The notes under the pieces: generated by a model
Databases searched by the model: none
What the model saw: the letters and a program-made list of their open reading frames with translations, nothing else
Told to the model about the DNA's origin: nothing
Made by a program: the position numbers and the translations under genes
From: Blastocladiella emersonii ATCC 22665
Taxonomy: Eukaryota; Fungi; Blastocladiomycota
Assembly (NCBI GenBank): GCA_025594325.1
Contig: JANHCV010000003.1
Coordinates: 2,418,001 to 2,482,000, forward strand
Reading direction: 5' to 3'
Length of the DNA stretch: 64,000 nt
Part shown: positions 33,413 through 42,863 of the stretch, one piece after another
Layout of the letters: every line of letters begins with the position of its first letter
How positions within the stretch are numbered: position 1 is the first letter of the stretch

Positions 33413-35179
33413 ATGTCGAAGCGCAAACCTCAAACCACCGCGCAGGAGCACCTTCCGCCGCCGCTCCCGACGCTGATCAGCGAGGCTGGCGACGGCGACC
33501 TCCCGCCGCTCATGTCGCTTGACGAGGCCGTGCGCGTGTCGCTCGAGCCTCCACGCAAGACGACGCGGAAGCCGCGCAAGCTGTCGTTCAGCCCCGTCGT
33601 CGTCGATGCGCCACCACCGTCGGCGACGCTCGTGCGCGCAGCTGAGCCGTATACCTGCACCTGCAAGGGCGAAATCCGCCAGCTCCGCGCGCAAGTCGTC
33701 GACCTCTCGACTGCGCTCGCCAACGTCGCCGAGTTCCAGAAGAACATGGCCGAGACGCTCGCGGCGCTGCAGGACGAGGTCAAGCGCAAGCGCGAGCGCG
33801 CCGATGCCGCGACGGCGGCCGCGAACGCCGCGCTTGAGACCCGTATCGCTGTGCTCGAGAACGTGCAGAACCCGCCCCCGTCGACGACAGTCATCGAGTT
33901 CTTTGAGGCGGGAAAGGCGCCACCGCTGCCCCCGCTGCCTGCTAAGAAGGCGGCGTTTTGCGCGCTTCCGCCGCCCGAGCAGTCTGCCGTCGCCAAGACG
34001 CCCGCCGCCGCTTTGGCTTCCGCACCGCCGGTACCCGCGTTGGTGGAGCCGATCCCGCACGCCCTGGTCCGCTACGACCCGGCCAAGCGCGTCACGATGC
34101 CGCAGTCGCGCACCATGCTCGCACGCGCGGCGGGCACCGCAGACCCACTCCTGCCGTACGCGGGGCACCGCAACTCGGTCAAGCGCGCGGCACAGCTTAC
34201 GGCCGAGTCCATGGACCGGTTCGAGGCCGCCAAGCAGGCCACCATCGACGCCTACTCGCCGTCCGGGTGGAAGAAGTGCTACGTGGCCGAGCAGGACTAC
34301 CTCCGCGCGCACTACCGCTGGGAGCTGCCCGACGGCCACCCGAACAAGGGCGACATGGACTGGTTGCGCGTGCCCGACTTTTCGGTGGCGTGGGACCGCG
34401 GGCTGTGGACGCCGGCGGTCGAGGCCGTGCTCGAGTCGCTGCCCGTGCTCGACATGCTGACGGTCCTCGAGCAGTTCCTCGCGCACTTCTTCGCGGTCCT
34501 CGACGCGCGCAAGGTGCCGCAGTGCTCGGAGCTGTACGGCCTGCTGCTCGCGGGCTCGCTCGACACGGAGCTGACGATCCGCGCGCTCGTCTGGCCCGAG
34601 CCCAGCCTGATCGACGCCGGCGCGTTCCAGTTCCCGCTCATCGTTGCCAACGTGCGCGCCGCCATGCAGGAGCCCATCCCGAAGATGCACCTCAAGGCCA
34701 AGCCGCCCATCTTCATCAAGCAGGGCGCCGGCGCCAACGCGCGCGCGCTCGCCAGCACCGGCCCGTTCCTCCCGCGCGTCAAGGGCCTGTGCGACCACCT
34801 CGCCATGGACTACACGCTGCCGCTCTTCTACGGCGTCGCGCGGATCGTCGACGCCGACGACGTCACCGACAAGGAAGTGGCCCAGTTCAGCACCGTGCAC
34901 GGCGCCAAGCTCCTCGAGATGCTCCCGCCCGTCCTCGCCAAGCACGCCTGCGCCATGGTCACGGCGATCGCGGGCGCCGAAGGGATTTTGCCTCTCACGC
35001 TCGTTCTCGCCGTGCTCCTGTACGTCGGCGGCGACAGCTGCATGCTGCACCGCTGGTTCCAGAACTCGGGCGGGCCTGTGGTCGACTTTCCTATCGCGCA
35101 CCGCGTGCCGTTCGATTACGCCGTGGCCAAGGGGATCGTGACGTTCCCGGAAGCGTCGCATCAGTGTCGTGTGCAATAG
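33413..35179 (+). CDS. Uncharacterised protein, paralog B of a tandem pair
   Basis: 588-aa ORF with the same three shared blocks. Confidence 0.8.
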   Translation: MSKRKPQTTAQEHLPPPLPTLISEAGDGDLPPLMSLDEAVRVSLEPPRKTTRKPRKLSFSPVVVDAPPPSATLVRAAEPYTCTCKGEIRQLRAQVVDLSTALANVAEFQKNMAETLAALQDEVKRKRERADAATAAANAALETRIAVLENVQNPPPSTTVIEFFEAGKAPPLPPLPAKKAAFCALPPPEQSAVAKTPAAALASAPPVPALVEPIPHALVRYDPAKRVTMPQSRTMLARAAGTADPLLPYAGHRNSVKRAAQLTAESMDRFEAAKQATIDAYSPSGWKKCYVAEQDYLRAHYRWELPDGHPNKGDMDWLRVPDFSVAWDRGLWTPAVEAVLESLPVLDMLTVLEQFLAHFFAVLDARKVPQCSELYGLLLAGSLDTELTIRALVWPEPSLIDAGAFQFPLIVANVRAAMQEPIPKMHLKAKPPIFIKQGAGANARALASTGPFLPRVKGLCDHLAMDYTLPLFYGVARIVDADDVTDKEVAQFSTVHGAKLLEMLPPVLAKHACAMVTAIAGAEGILPLTLVLAVLLYVGGDSCMLHRWFQNSGGPVVDFPIAHRVPFDYAVAKGIVTFPEASHQCRVQ

Positions 35180-35255
35180 ACGTCTCATGCTCGAACGGAT
35201 CTTACTTGGCGTGTGCAAAAATGACGGTGATAGAATTGGGAGACAGTCCACGTGA

Positions 35256-35275
35256 TGTGGCGCAACGCGTCCGCG
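35256..35275 (+). promoter_or_regulatory. Recurrent intergenic motif, copy 3
   Basis: Identical 20-mer to 2511-2530. Confidence 0.5.
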
Positions 35276-36118
35276 CTCACGCGTCGCGCTTCCCACGCAG
35301 CCCTCCGCTCGTCGAGATCCTCGACCCTTAGTAAGCCCCATAACGATAGATCGTGATTCGGCACTCCATGCAATACGAATGAAGCATATGCGCAAGTCGC
35401 TCCGCGACGTGGCGCGCGACGCCTGGGATCGCGTCACTTCGCGGCGTCCCGCGTCGTCGGCCTCGGATTCCCCCACTTCGCCTTCGGTCAGCGAGGCCCA
35501 TGTATTAAGCTCTAGCACGCAAGCTGCCGGTACAAACGCGGGCCAAATTTCTGCGGCGCAAGCGGAGGGCGCGCCTTCTTCGGCTCTCTCGACCTCCGCT
35601 CCGAATAAGGGCCGGACCAATCGGGTCGTTGTACCATCAGCTTTCCGTTTCCTCTCAATCGCTGGATCAAGAACTTATTCGCCTCCCTCACATTCGCCGG
35701 CCGCGACACCGTCAAGTACGATCCCACCACCTCCGCCCGCACCGCCGGTGTTGAAGAGCGCGACGCCGGCTTTTTACTCGCGTGTCGAGTTGCGCAACAG
35801 CTTTTCCTCTTGCCCACTTTTACCACCCGTCGCTGTCCTCCGGTGTTGTGCAGTATACTGTCGACAAGATCACCCTGATCAAGGACAGCCCCGACCCGCT
35901 GGGCCATTCCATGCAGCCTACCGCGAAATCTTCGCTTCTCTTCTCACAGATTCCGGACGAAGTCTTGTTTGATATTCTTGACATTCTCGCACCGATGCGG
36001 TTTTCGCACTCGAAGACTATCGTCTCCATGCCAAAGCGACTCGTCCCCTTTGCCATGTCCTCCCGCAAGTGTCACGCTCTCGCCAGCGAGGGTTACCTCT
36101 CGCGACACGCGCTTATTA

Positions 36119-36746
36119 GAGACCTTGCGTAAAGTCGGGGCCCGACTTTCGGGTGGTCCCGGAAGGCCTCCCGTCACGTGAGTGAGGCAGCGCCACGCGC
36201 CACTTCAGGCATCCAGCCAGCTCTTGTCGCGGCCGAGCACCGGCCGCTCCCCACCCCCGCTCTCAGAAAACCCTGTGCGCGAGCACTCGCGGCATTGGAT
36301 GGGTCTTGAGGTGCACCTCATGAGAGAACACAGCGATGAGAGCAGCCCGCGCGACGTTGCGGGAAGCCAGCCCTCATATACGGCGGAGGCCCTCTCGACG
36401 CGACGCGCGGTGTTGCTCGTCTCCATAAGCTTTCATGCGCTCTCGAAGTCACGATGGACACGGTGTCCAACGCGTTCTGTGCGGTGGCGCAGGCTGCGGT
36501 GCGACGACGCACTGCAGCTTTGGCCCACGAGGCCTCACTCAGCATCGGAACTTCTCGGAACCCTCCCCTCTCAACAGCTCCCTGTTCTGGCACCCCGAGA
36601 CTCGGCGAGGACCGACCCCGAGAAAAGTCGGGTCCCCCGAGAAAAGTCGGGGCCAGTGCTCGCGCGGGCCTGTGCATTACGCCACACCGCGTGGCTGAAT
36701 GCATGGGGCCAGGACGAAAGTCGGGCCCGACTTTTCGCAAGGTCTC
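36119..36746. mobile_element. Non-autonomous MITE (628 bp) with about 33-bp TIRs and TA target duplication
   Basis: GAGACCTTGCGTAAAGTCGGGGCCCGACTTTCG at the left end is the inverse of CGAAAGTCGGGCCCGACTTTTCGCAAGGTCTC at the right (1 mismatch, 1 indel); TA at 36117-8 and 36747-8. Confidence 0.9.
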
Positions 36747-37194
36747 TATTCTTCGCGGTGCGCTGCTATCAAACCTCGCCGACTCTGGTGTGCCCGAGCT
36801 TGGGTTCCGCGGGCAGCCGCCAACAACGCATTACCGCGCCGGGTCACTAATTTTCCATGTGTCGCTCGAGGCGGCGGCCAACGGCAAGTTTACTTGTTCT
36901 GCCGACCTCGACCTATTGCTTGAAGGCATCCGGGATGTGCACGTGTGGCTTCTCGGGAACCCCGAGGCCGTTTCCACGGACGTTAACGCTACTGCGGACT
37001 GGTACATGGCTCTCAGGCGCGATGTCGCGCGGACGATTCTCAAACTTGTCACTCACGGTGACACAAAGCCGTTCTCCTTGTACTTTGGGACCACGGTGCA
37101 GCTTTCTCAAATCACCATAACGGGCATATTTGATGGTCTGACCCAGCTGCTTCTGGGTCATTTCCTGCGCTCGATCAGCGCCAACCTGGCCTCC

Positions 37195-37410
37195 TGTTGC
37201 GTGTCGTTCATGTGGCCACAACCGCAGTGATCAATCATCTGATCTCGCGTGAGCCGCCCGCAATCCCTCGCTCCCGCGCCGCCACACCCCGCTGCGGCGC
37301 GCCCTGCTTTGTTATCCATTCTCCCCTCTCCCCGTCTTGGGTTCGGGGCCAAAGGCAGGAATAGACATCCCTGACTACTTGTCTCCCGCCTCCTTCTGTC
37401 GGCATCAACA
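37195..37410 (+). repeat. 5' LTR
   Basis: TGTTGCG...ATCAACA; 5 differences from the 3' LTR. Confidence 0.96.
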
Positions 37411-37433
37411 TTTTCTTCAAGTAGTTTTCTGCA

Positions 37434-38799
37434 TGGCCTCGAACCCCACCACCTTCACCATCTCGCCGGCGCTCTGCAGCAACATCTCCGCGCTCCCCGG
37501 CACATGCAGCACCGCGGCCAAGGACCCCCAGGCCGTGCCCGCCGCACGCGCGCGCGCCGCTGAGCTGCGCCAGCTACTCGCTGAGCAGTTCGCTGCCTGC
37601 TCGGCCGCCATTGACGCCGCCGCGCAACCCGCGCCATCCCAGGGCAACGGCACATCGGCCACCCACCCGCCCAAGCTGCAGGCCCAGGCCGCCAAGGCGC
37701 TGGACGCGCTCATCGCCGCGCACTCGCGCTACAACAACATGATCAACCTCGCCGTCAACATGCTGCCTGCCGGGGCGCCCCCGGCCGCGCCAGCCGCCGC
37801 CTCGCCAGCCGCTCCCGCTGCGTCGACCACCAGCGTCAACAAGCAGCTGCGCGCCGACATCAAGAGCACCCGCATCAACTTCCGCCACCCGACCCGCGGC
37901 AACTGCCGAGACCCAGCCACCTTCCTCCGCAACCTCCGCGACCTCTACCCGCTGCACAACCTGTACAAGCTGCTCAACGCCGCCACCACCACCGTTGGCC
38001 ACGACGCCCAGGTCGTGTACAAGTCGATGGTCCGCAAGGGCGCCGGTCTCGAGGAGCACCAGCTGATCGCCCACTTCTTCGACCACATGGAGCGCGCCGC
38101 CATTGTCTGCTACCTCAACCTCTCGTTCCCCGCCACTCCGGGCCTCACCCTCAAGCGCCACCGCGTTGTGTTTGTCCGGCGTCTCCGCGAGGGGGGGTGC
38201 CTGGATCCCACCGGCCACCTGCCTCCCGCGCTCCTCTCCTCGTTCCTCAACTCGGTCAAGGGCATCAAGGACGACGTCTACAACGCCCTCTGCCACACGC
38301 TTGGCACCGCCACCTCCAAGCGCACCCCGCTCACGCTCATCGACCTCATTGGCCCCCACGGCTACGTCCAGATCGCCTCGCGCAGCAAGGCGCCCGCTGG
38401 CAACGCTGGCGACGCCTCATCCGCCGTGCCAGCCGCGCGCACAAGGACAAGGACAAGAACAAGAACAACAACAACTACAACAACAAAAACAACAACAACT
38501 ACAACAACTACAACAACAAGAACAACAACAACTACAACAACCACCGCGGCGGCGGTGCCCACGACAAGAATGGCCACTACAACAAGGGCAAGGCCGGCCA
38601 TGATGACCGCGCGTCCCGCGACGCCCCGCGCGCGCTTCTCGCCGTGCCCGACGACCGCCATGATTGTGACTGTGGTGGCAGCGACGAGCGTCAGCGCTCG
38701 CGCTCCCGCTCCGCTGTGCGCGAGCGCGCCCCGCGCAACTACCACGCGGCCGTGGCGCCCATCTGGCCCGCGGGTCTTGAGACCAAGTTTGGCAGATGA
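37434..38799 (+). pseudogene. gag: Gag-like ORF with a frameshift near 38440 and an Asn-rich tail
   Basis: First ORF after the 5' LTR; coding sense continues as HKDKDKNKNNNNYNNK in a shifted frame. Confidence 0.6.
38441..38545 (+). repeat. (AAC/AAG/TAC)n tract encoding N/K/Y-rich sequence
   Basis: aacaacaactacaacaacaaaaacaac... Confidence 0.9.
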
Positions 38800-39220
38800 C
38801 CTCGAGCGCTCCCGCTCCAAGTTCGTCTCCTCGCCTGCCCGCGCGGTCAACAGCATTCCCCGCCCCCAGCCCCTGCTCGCCCACCACCTCCATTGTCCTC
38901 GCCCTCCTGCCGGCGTCCGCCACCAGCCTGTTCGCGCACCTGCTTGACAAGTTCTACCACATCATTGTTGGCTCCCGCCTCGGCCCCACCTCGGCCCGCG
39001 CTGCCACCGTCACCCACAACGATCCCCTTTGCGGCCGCCTCGGTCCCGTCGCGCATTTCGCCGCCCCCGCCCGCTCTGGTGCGCGCTGTGAGCACGACGG
39101 CGCCGGTGTGGTCGACCCCGACTGGCTGGGCACGCCCGCATTTTTGTGACCTGGGCACGCGCGTCCATCTGCGACCTGTTTGTGGCGCTTGTCGCTCACA
39201 ATAATAATATCTCTGACCTC

Positions 39221-39525
39221 ATCATTCCGGCTCTATCCAGCCCGATGTCGTCTTTGCGCGCTCGTTCGGCTGCGGCGAACCGCACGCCCATTCGCAGCGA
39301 GCCTTCTCAGTGCTACCCGGCGTTCCTGACCGTGCGTGCAGACCTGTTCCTTGACGACATCATTCCGGCTCTATCCAGCCCGATGTTGTCTTCGCGCGCT
39401 CGTTCGGCTGCGGTGAACCGCACGCCCGTTCGCAGCGAGCCTTCTCAGTGCTACCCGGCGTTCCTGACCGTGCGTGCAGACCTGTTCCTTGACAACATCA
39501 TTCCGGCTCTATCCAGCCCGATGTC
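39221..39525 (+). repeat. 138-bp tandem repeat (about 2.2 copies) where protease and the RT N-terminus are expected
   Basis: ATCATTCCGGCTCTATCCAGCCCGATG recurs at 39221, 39359 and 39497. Confidence 0.9.
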
Positions 39526-40554
39526 GTCGTCGCGCGGCCTGTTTGGCATCAAGACCCTCTCGGCGCAGTTCCGGGCCGTCATGTCCAACATCTTCCACGA
39601 CATGCCGTTCGTGCGCGTCTTCATCGACGATCTCGTCATCTTCTCGGCCTTGGTCAAGGAGCACACGCAGCACCTCGTCCTTGTTGTCTACCATCTCACG
39701 CGGTGGAACCCCCGCCTCAACCCCGCCAAGTGCTTCTTCTACTGCGCACGCATGCACCTGCTCAGCCACGTCGTCTTGGCCGAAGGCGTGCAGCCCGCCA
39801 AGGCCAAGGTCGTCTCAATCCGCAACTGGCCGCGTCCAACGTCTGGCAACCAGGTCCAGAAGTTCCTCAGCCTCGTCAACTACCTGCGCGCCTACATCCC
39901 GCTCGCCGCGGTCCTCATGCACCCGCTCGACGCGCTGCGCAACCTCAAGCGCATCGACCTCGACGTCCGCAACGTGTGGACCGACGAGTGCAAGCAGGCG
40001 TTCCTCGCCTTAAAGGCCGCCGTCGCCGCCGCCGCCGCCCCATGTCTCGCGCCGCCTGATTTCTCCAAGCCGTTCTTCGTCGCTACCAACGCCTCAAACG
40101 TCCGTCTCGGCGCCGTCCTGTTCCAGGGTAGCCGCGAGTCCCCGCGCTACATCTCGTTTGCCTCTTGCTCTCTGCAGCCCGCCAAGCAGAACTACTCGGC
40201 CACCAAGCGCGAGCTCCTCGGCATCGTCTTCGCGCTCACTCGCTTCTTCTACTACCTCCACGGCCGCCGTTTCGCGTTGTTCATGGACCACGCGGCGCTC
40301 ACCCACATGTTCACGCAGAAGCGCCTGTCACCCATCCTCGAAAACTGGCTCGACACGCTGCTCTCCCTCTCGTTCTTGGTCACGCACCTCCCCAGCGTCC
40401 TGAACGTGCTGCCCGACATCCTGTCGCGCCTGTATAATACCGACGCCCGTGCCCATCTCGTCGCCATCAACCGCGCCGGCCGTTGTCCTGTATCGCGTTC
40501 CCCCCGTGGGCGCCCGCTGGTGGGGGGGGTCCCTCCGGATCCTCTCCCGCGCCG

Positions 40555-40926
40555 TCTCTCCCCGAGTGTGCCCTCGGCGACGGCGAGCTCGAGCAGCTCA
40601 TGACGCACAATCTCTCCCTCGCGGAGAATTGTGCTCAACACTTTTTCCTCGCGCCGGCCTCGCTCCTGCCCGCAGAGTGGGCCCGCGCTTTTGCTGCCGC
40701 ACCCACCCATGGGGGCAGCTCTTCTTCAACACCCGCGCTGTCTCTCCCCGAGTGTGCCCTCGGCGACGGCGAGCTCGAGCAGCTCATGACGCATGATCTC
40801 TCCCTTGCAGAGAATCGTGCTTGACACTTCTTCCTCGCGCCGGCCTCGCTCCCGCCTGCAGAGCGGGCTCGCGCTTTCGCTGCCACACCCACCCATGGGG
40901 GCAGCTCTTCTTCAACACCCGCGCCC
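40555..40926 (+). repeat. 186-bp tandem duplication between RNase H and integrase
   Basis: TCTCTCCCCGAGTGTGCCCTCGGCGACGG at 40555 and 40741. Confidence 0.85.
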
Positions 40927-41727
40927 GCCGTGCACGCCCGCGTCATCGCCGCTGCACCCGCCCCCAAGGGTAGCGCGCCGCGGCCCAAGTTCTCGCCCAT
41001 CAGCACCGTCCCACCCGCGCAGCGCCTCGACATGGCGCCCGTTCCGCGTGACCAGCGCGACCAGATCATCTGCGACGTGCACGACTGGGGCCACTTGGGT
41101 CCCGCGGCCACACAGCAGCAGCTCGTCGTCCTCGGCCATGAATGGCCCGGCATGCTCGCCGACTGCCAGCGCGTCATTGCCGGTTGCATCCCGTGCGCGC
41201 AGTTCTCAGCCACGCGGCAGGGTTTCCACCCAATGCGCTCAATTGAGGCGCTGCTGCCACTCGACCACCTGTCCATGGACTGCATGCAGCTGCCCATCTC
41301 GCCCAACGGATACACGCACGTGCTTGTGATCATCGACATCTGCACCCGGTTCGTGTGGCTCCACCCAATCCCCTCCGCGTCTGCCGGCGAGGTCGCCACC
41401 TGCTTCCTGGCCACGTGCTTCCAGTTCGGTTTCCCGCGCATCATCCAGTCTGACAACGGCCCCGAGTTCGCCAACCAGATCATCGCCTCGCTCGCCAACA
41501 TGGCTGGCATCGACTGCCGCCTTGTGTCGCCGTACCACCTGCAGGCCAATGGCGCCTCGGAGCGTCTCGTTCGCTCGGTCAAGGAGATGCTGCTCCCCTC
41601 GCTCAACGGGCAGCTCAACCGCTGGCCCGCCATGGTCCCGGCCATCCAGTACGCCTACAACACGCGCGCGCACGCGCGCCACGGCTCAACGCCCTTCTCG
41701 CTCATGCTCGCGCGTCCCGCCAACGCG

Positions 41728-41845
41728 CTCCGCGACTACCGCGCGCAGCCGCCCCTCTGCGACTACCGCGCGCAGCCGCCCCTCCGCGACTACCGCGCGC
41801 AGCCGCCCCTCCGCGACTACCGCGCGCAGCTGCCCCTCCGCGACA
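41728..41845 (+). repeat. 27-bp in-frame tandem repeat (x4, DYRAQPPLR) in the integrase C-terminal region
   Basis: gactaccgcgcgcagccgcccctc(c/t)gc repeated. Confidence 0.9.
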
Positions 41846-42647
41846 TGACTGAGCAGGAGCAGCTCGCTCGCCTCAAGCTCATGACCAAGTCCATCTACCC
41901 CGCCATTGCGCAGCGCACCGCCAACCGCAACGCCGTTGTGCAGGCGCGCGCCGATCAGCACCGCAAGATCATTGCCACCGACTTCCCCGCGGGCGCCATT
42001 GTCATGCGCATGACCACCGACCGCGCCTCCCGCCTCGACCCACGCTACGAGGGCCCGTACACGGTGGTTCGCCGCACCGTGGCGGCGCGTACGTGCTCTG
42101 CGACGCCACTGGCGCACTCGTCGAGAAAATCCCCGCGCACCACCTGCGCCTCATCCAGCCCGAGTCGGCGCCTTTGGGCGAATCGGACACCGTGCGCGAC
42201 ATCCTCCGTCATCGCGACGGCGCGAACAGCGAGCGCGAGTACCTGGTCCGCTGGTCCGATCGCTCCGCCGAGAACTCGTGGATCCCCGCCAGCGGCTTCG
42301 ACACCGCCGGCGCCATCAACGACTACCACAAGAAGATCTCGGCCGACACCCGGCTCGAGCGCCAGCGTTCGCTGCAGCGTCTCGCCTCCAAGGTCGCCGC
42401 GTCTTCCCCTGCGCCCGCTCCACGCCAAGATCCTGCTCCTCGCCAAGTCTCGGCCGACAAGTCGCAGTTCTCGGTCACGCAGTCCTCGGCCGCCTCATCG
42501 CCCGCCCGCGCCAACCCAAAGCGCGCGCGCTCACCCTCGCCCGACCCGCCGTCGTCCATCACGCGCAGCCGGTCCGGTCGCCAGCTCAAGAACGCGGTGT
42601 ACCAAGGGTTCGTCAAGTCGCTCAGGTCACGGTCTGGGGGGAGGTGA

Positions 42648-42863
42648 TGTTGCGTGTCGTTCATGTGGCCACGACCGCGGTGATCAATCATCTGATCTCG
42701 CGTGAGCCGCCCGCAATCTCTCGCTCCCGCGCCGCCGCACCCCGCTGCGGCGCGCCCTGCTTTGTTATCCATTCTCCCCTCTCCCCGTCTTGGGTTCGGG
42801 GCCGAAGGCAGGAATAGACATCCCTGACTACTTGTCTCCCGCCTCCTTCTGTCGGCATCAACA
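42648..42863 (+). repeat. 3' LTR
   Basis: Matches 37195-37410; followed by CCTCC. Confidence 0.96.

Larger units (their letters stand above)
39526..42647 (+). pseudogene. pol: pol: RT (partial), RNase H, integrase, chromodomain; frameshifted
   Basis: FIDDLVIFS; TNASNVRLGAVL; HDWGH...CIPC; SMDC, SDNGPEF, SERL; EYLVRWSD...NSWIP. Confidence 0.9.
37195..42863 (+). mobile_element. Chromoviral Ty3/gypsy LTR retrotransposon, degenerate
   Basis: 216-bp TG...CA LTRs, CCTCC TSD, PPT (GGGGGGAGG) before the 3' LTR; gag, RT (FIDD), RNase H, integrase (HHCC, D-D-E) and chromodomain in gypsy order. Confidence 0.96.

Noticed and set aside
36117-36748. Academ-type TAG...CTA termini for the MITE
   Set aside because: No 3-, 4- or 9-bp TSD outside TAG/CTA; only the TA-TSD model restores the host reading frame.
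37195-42863. Tandem repeats in pol as a CRISPR-like array
   Set aside because: The units are contiguous with no unique spacers and lie inside a eukaryotic retroelement.
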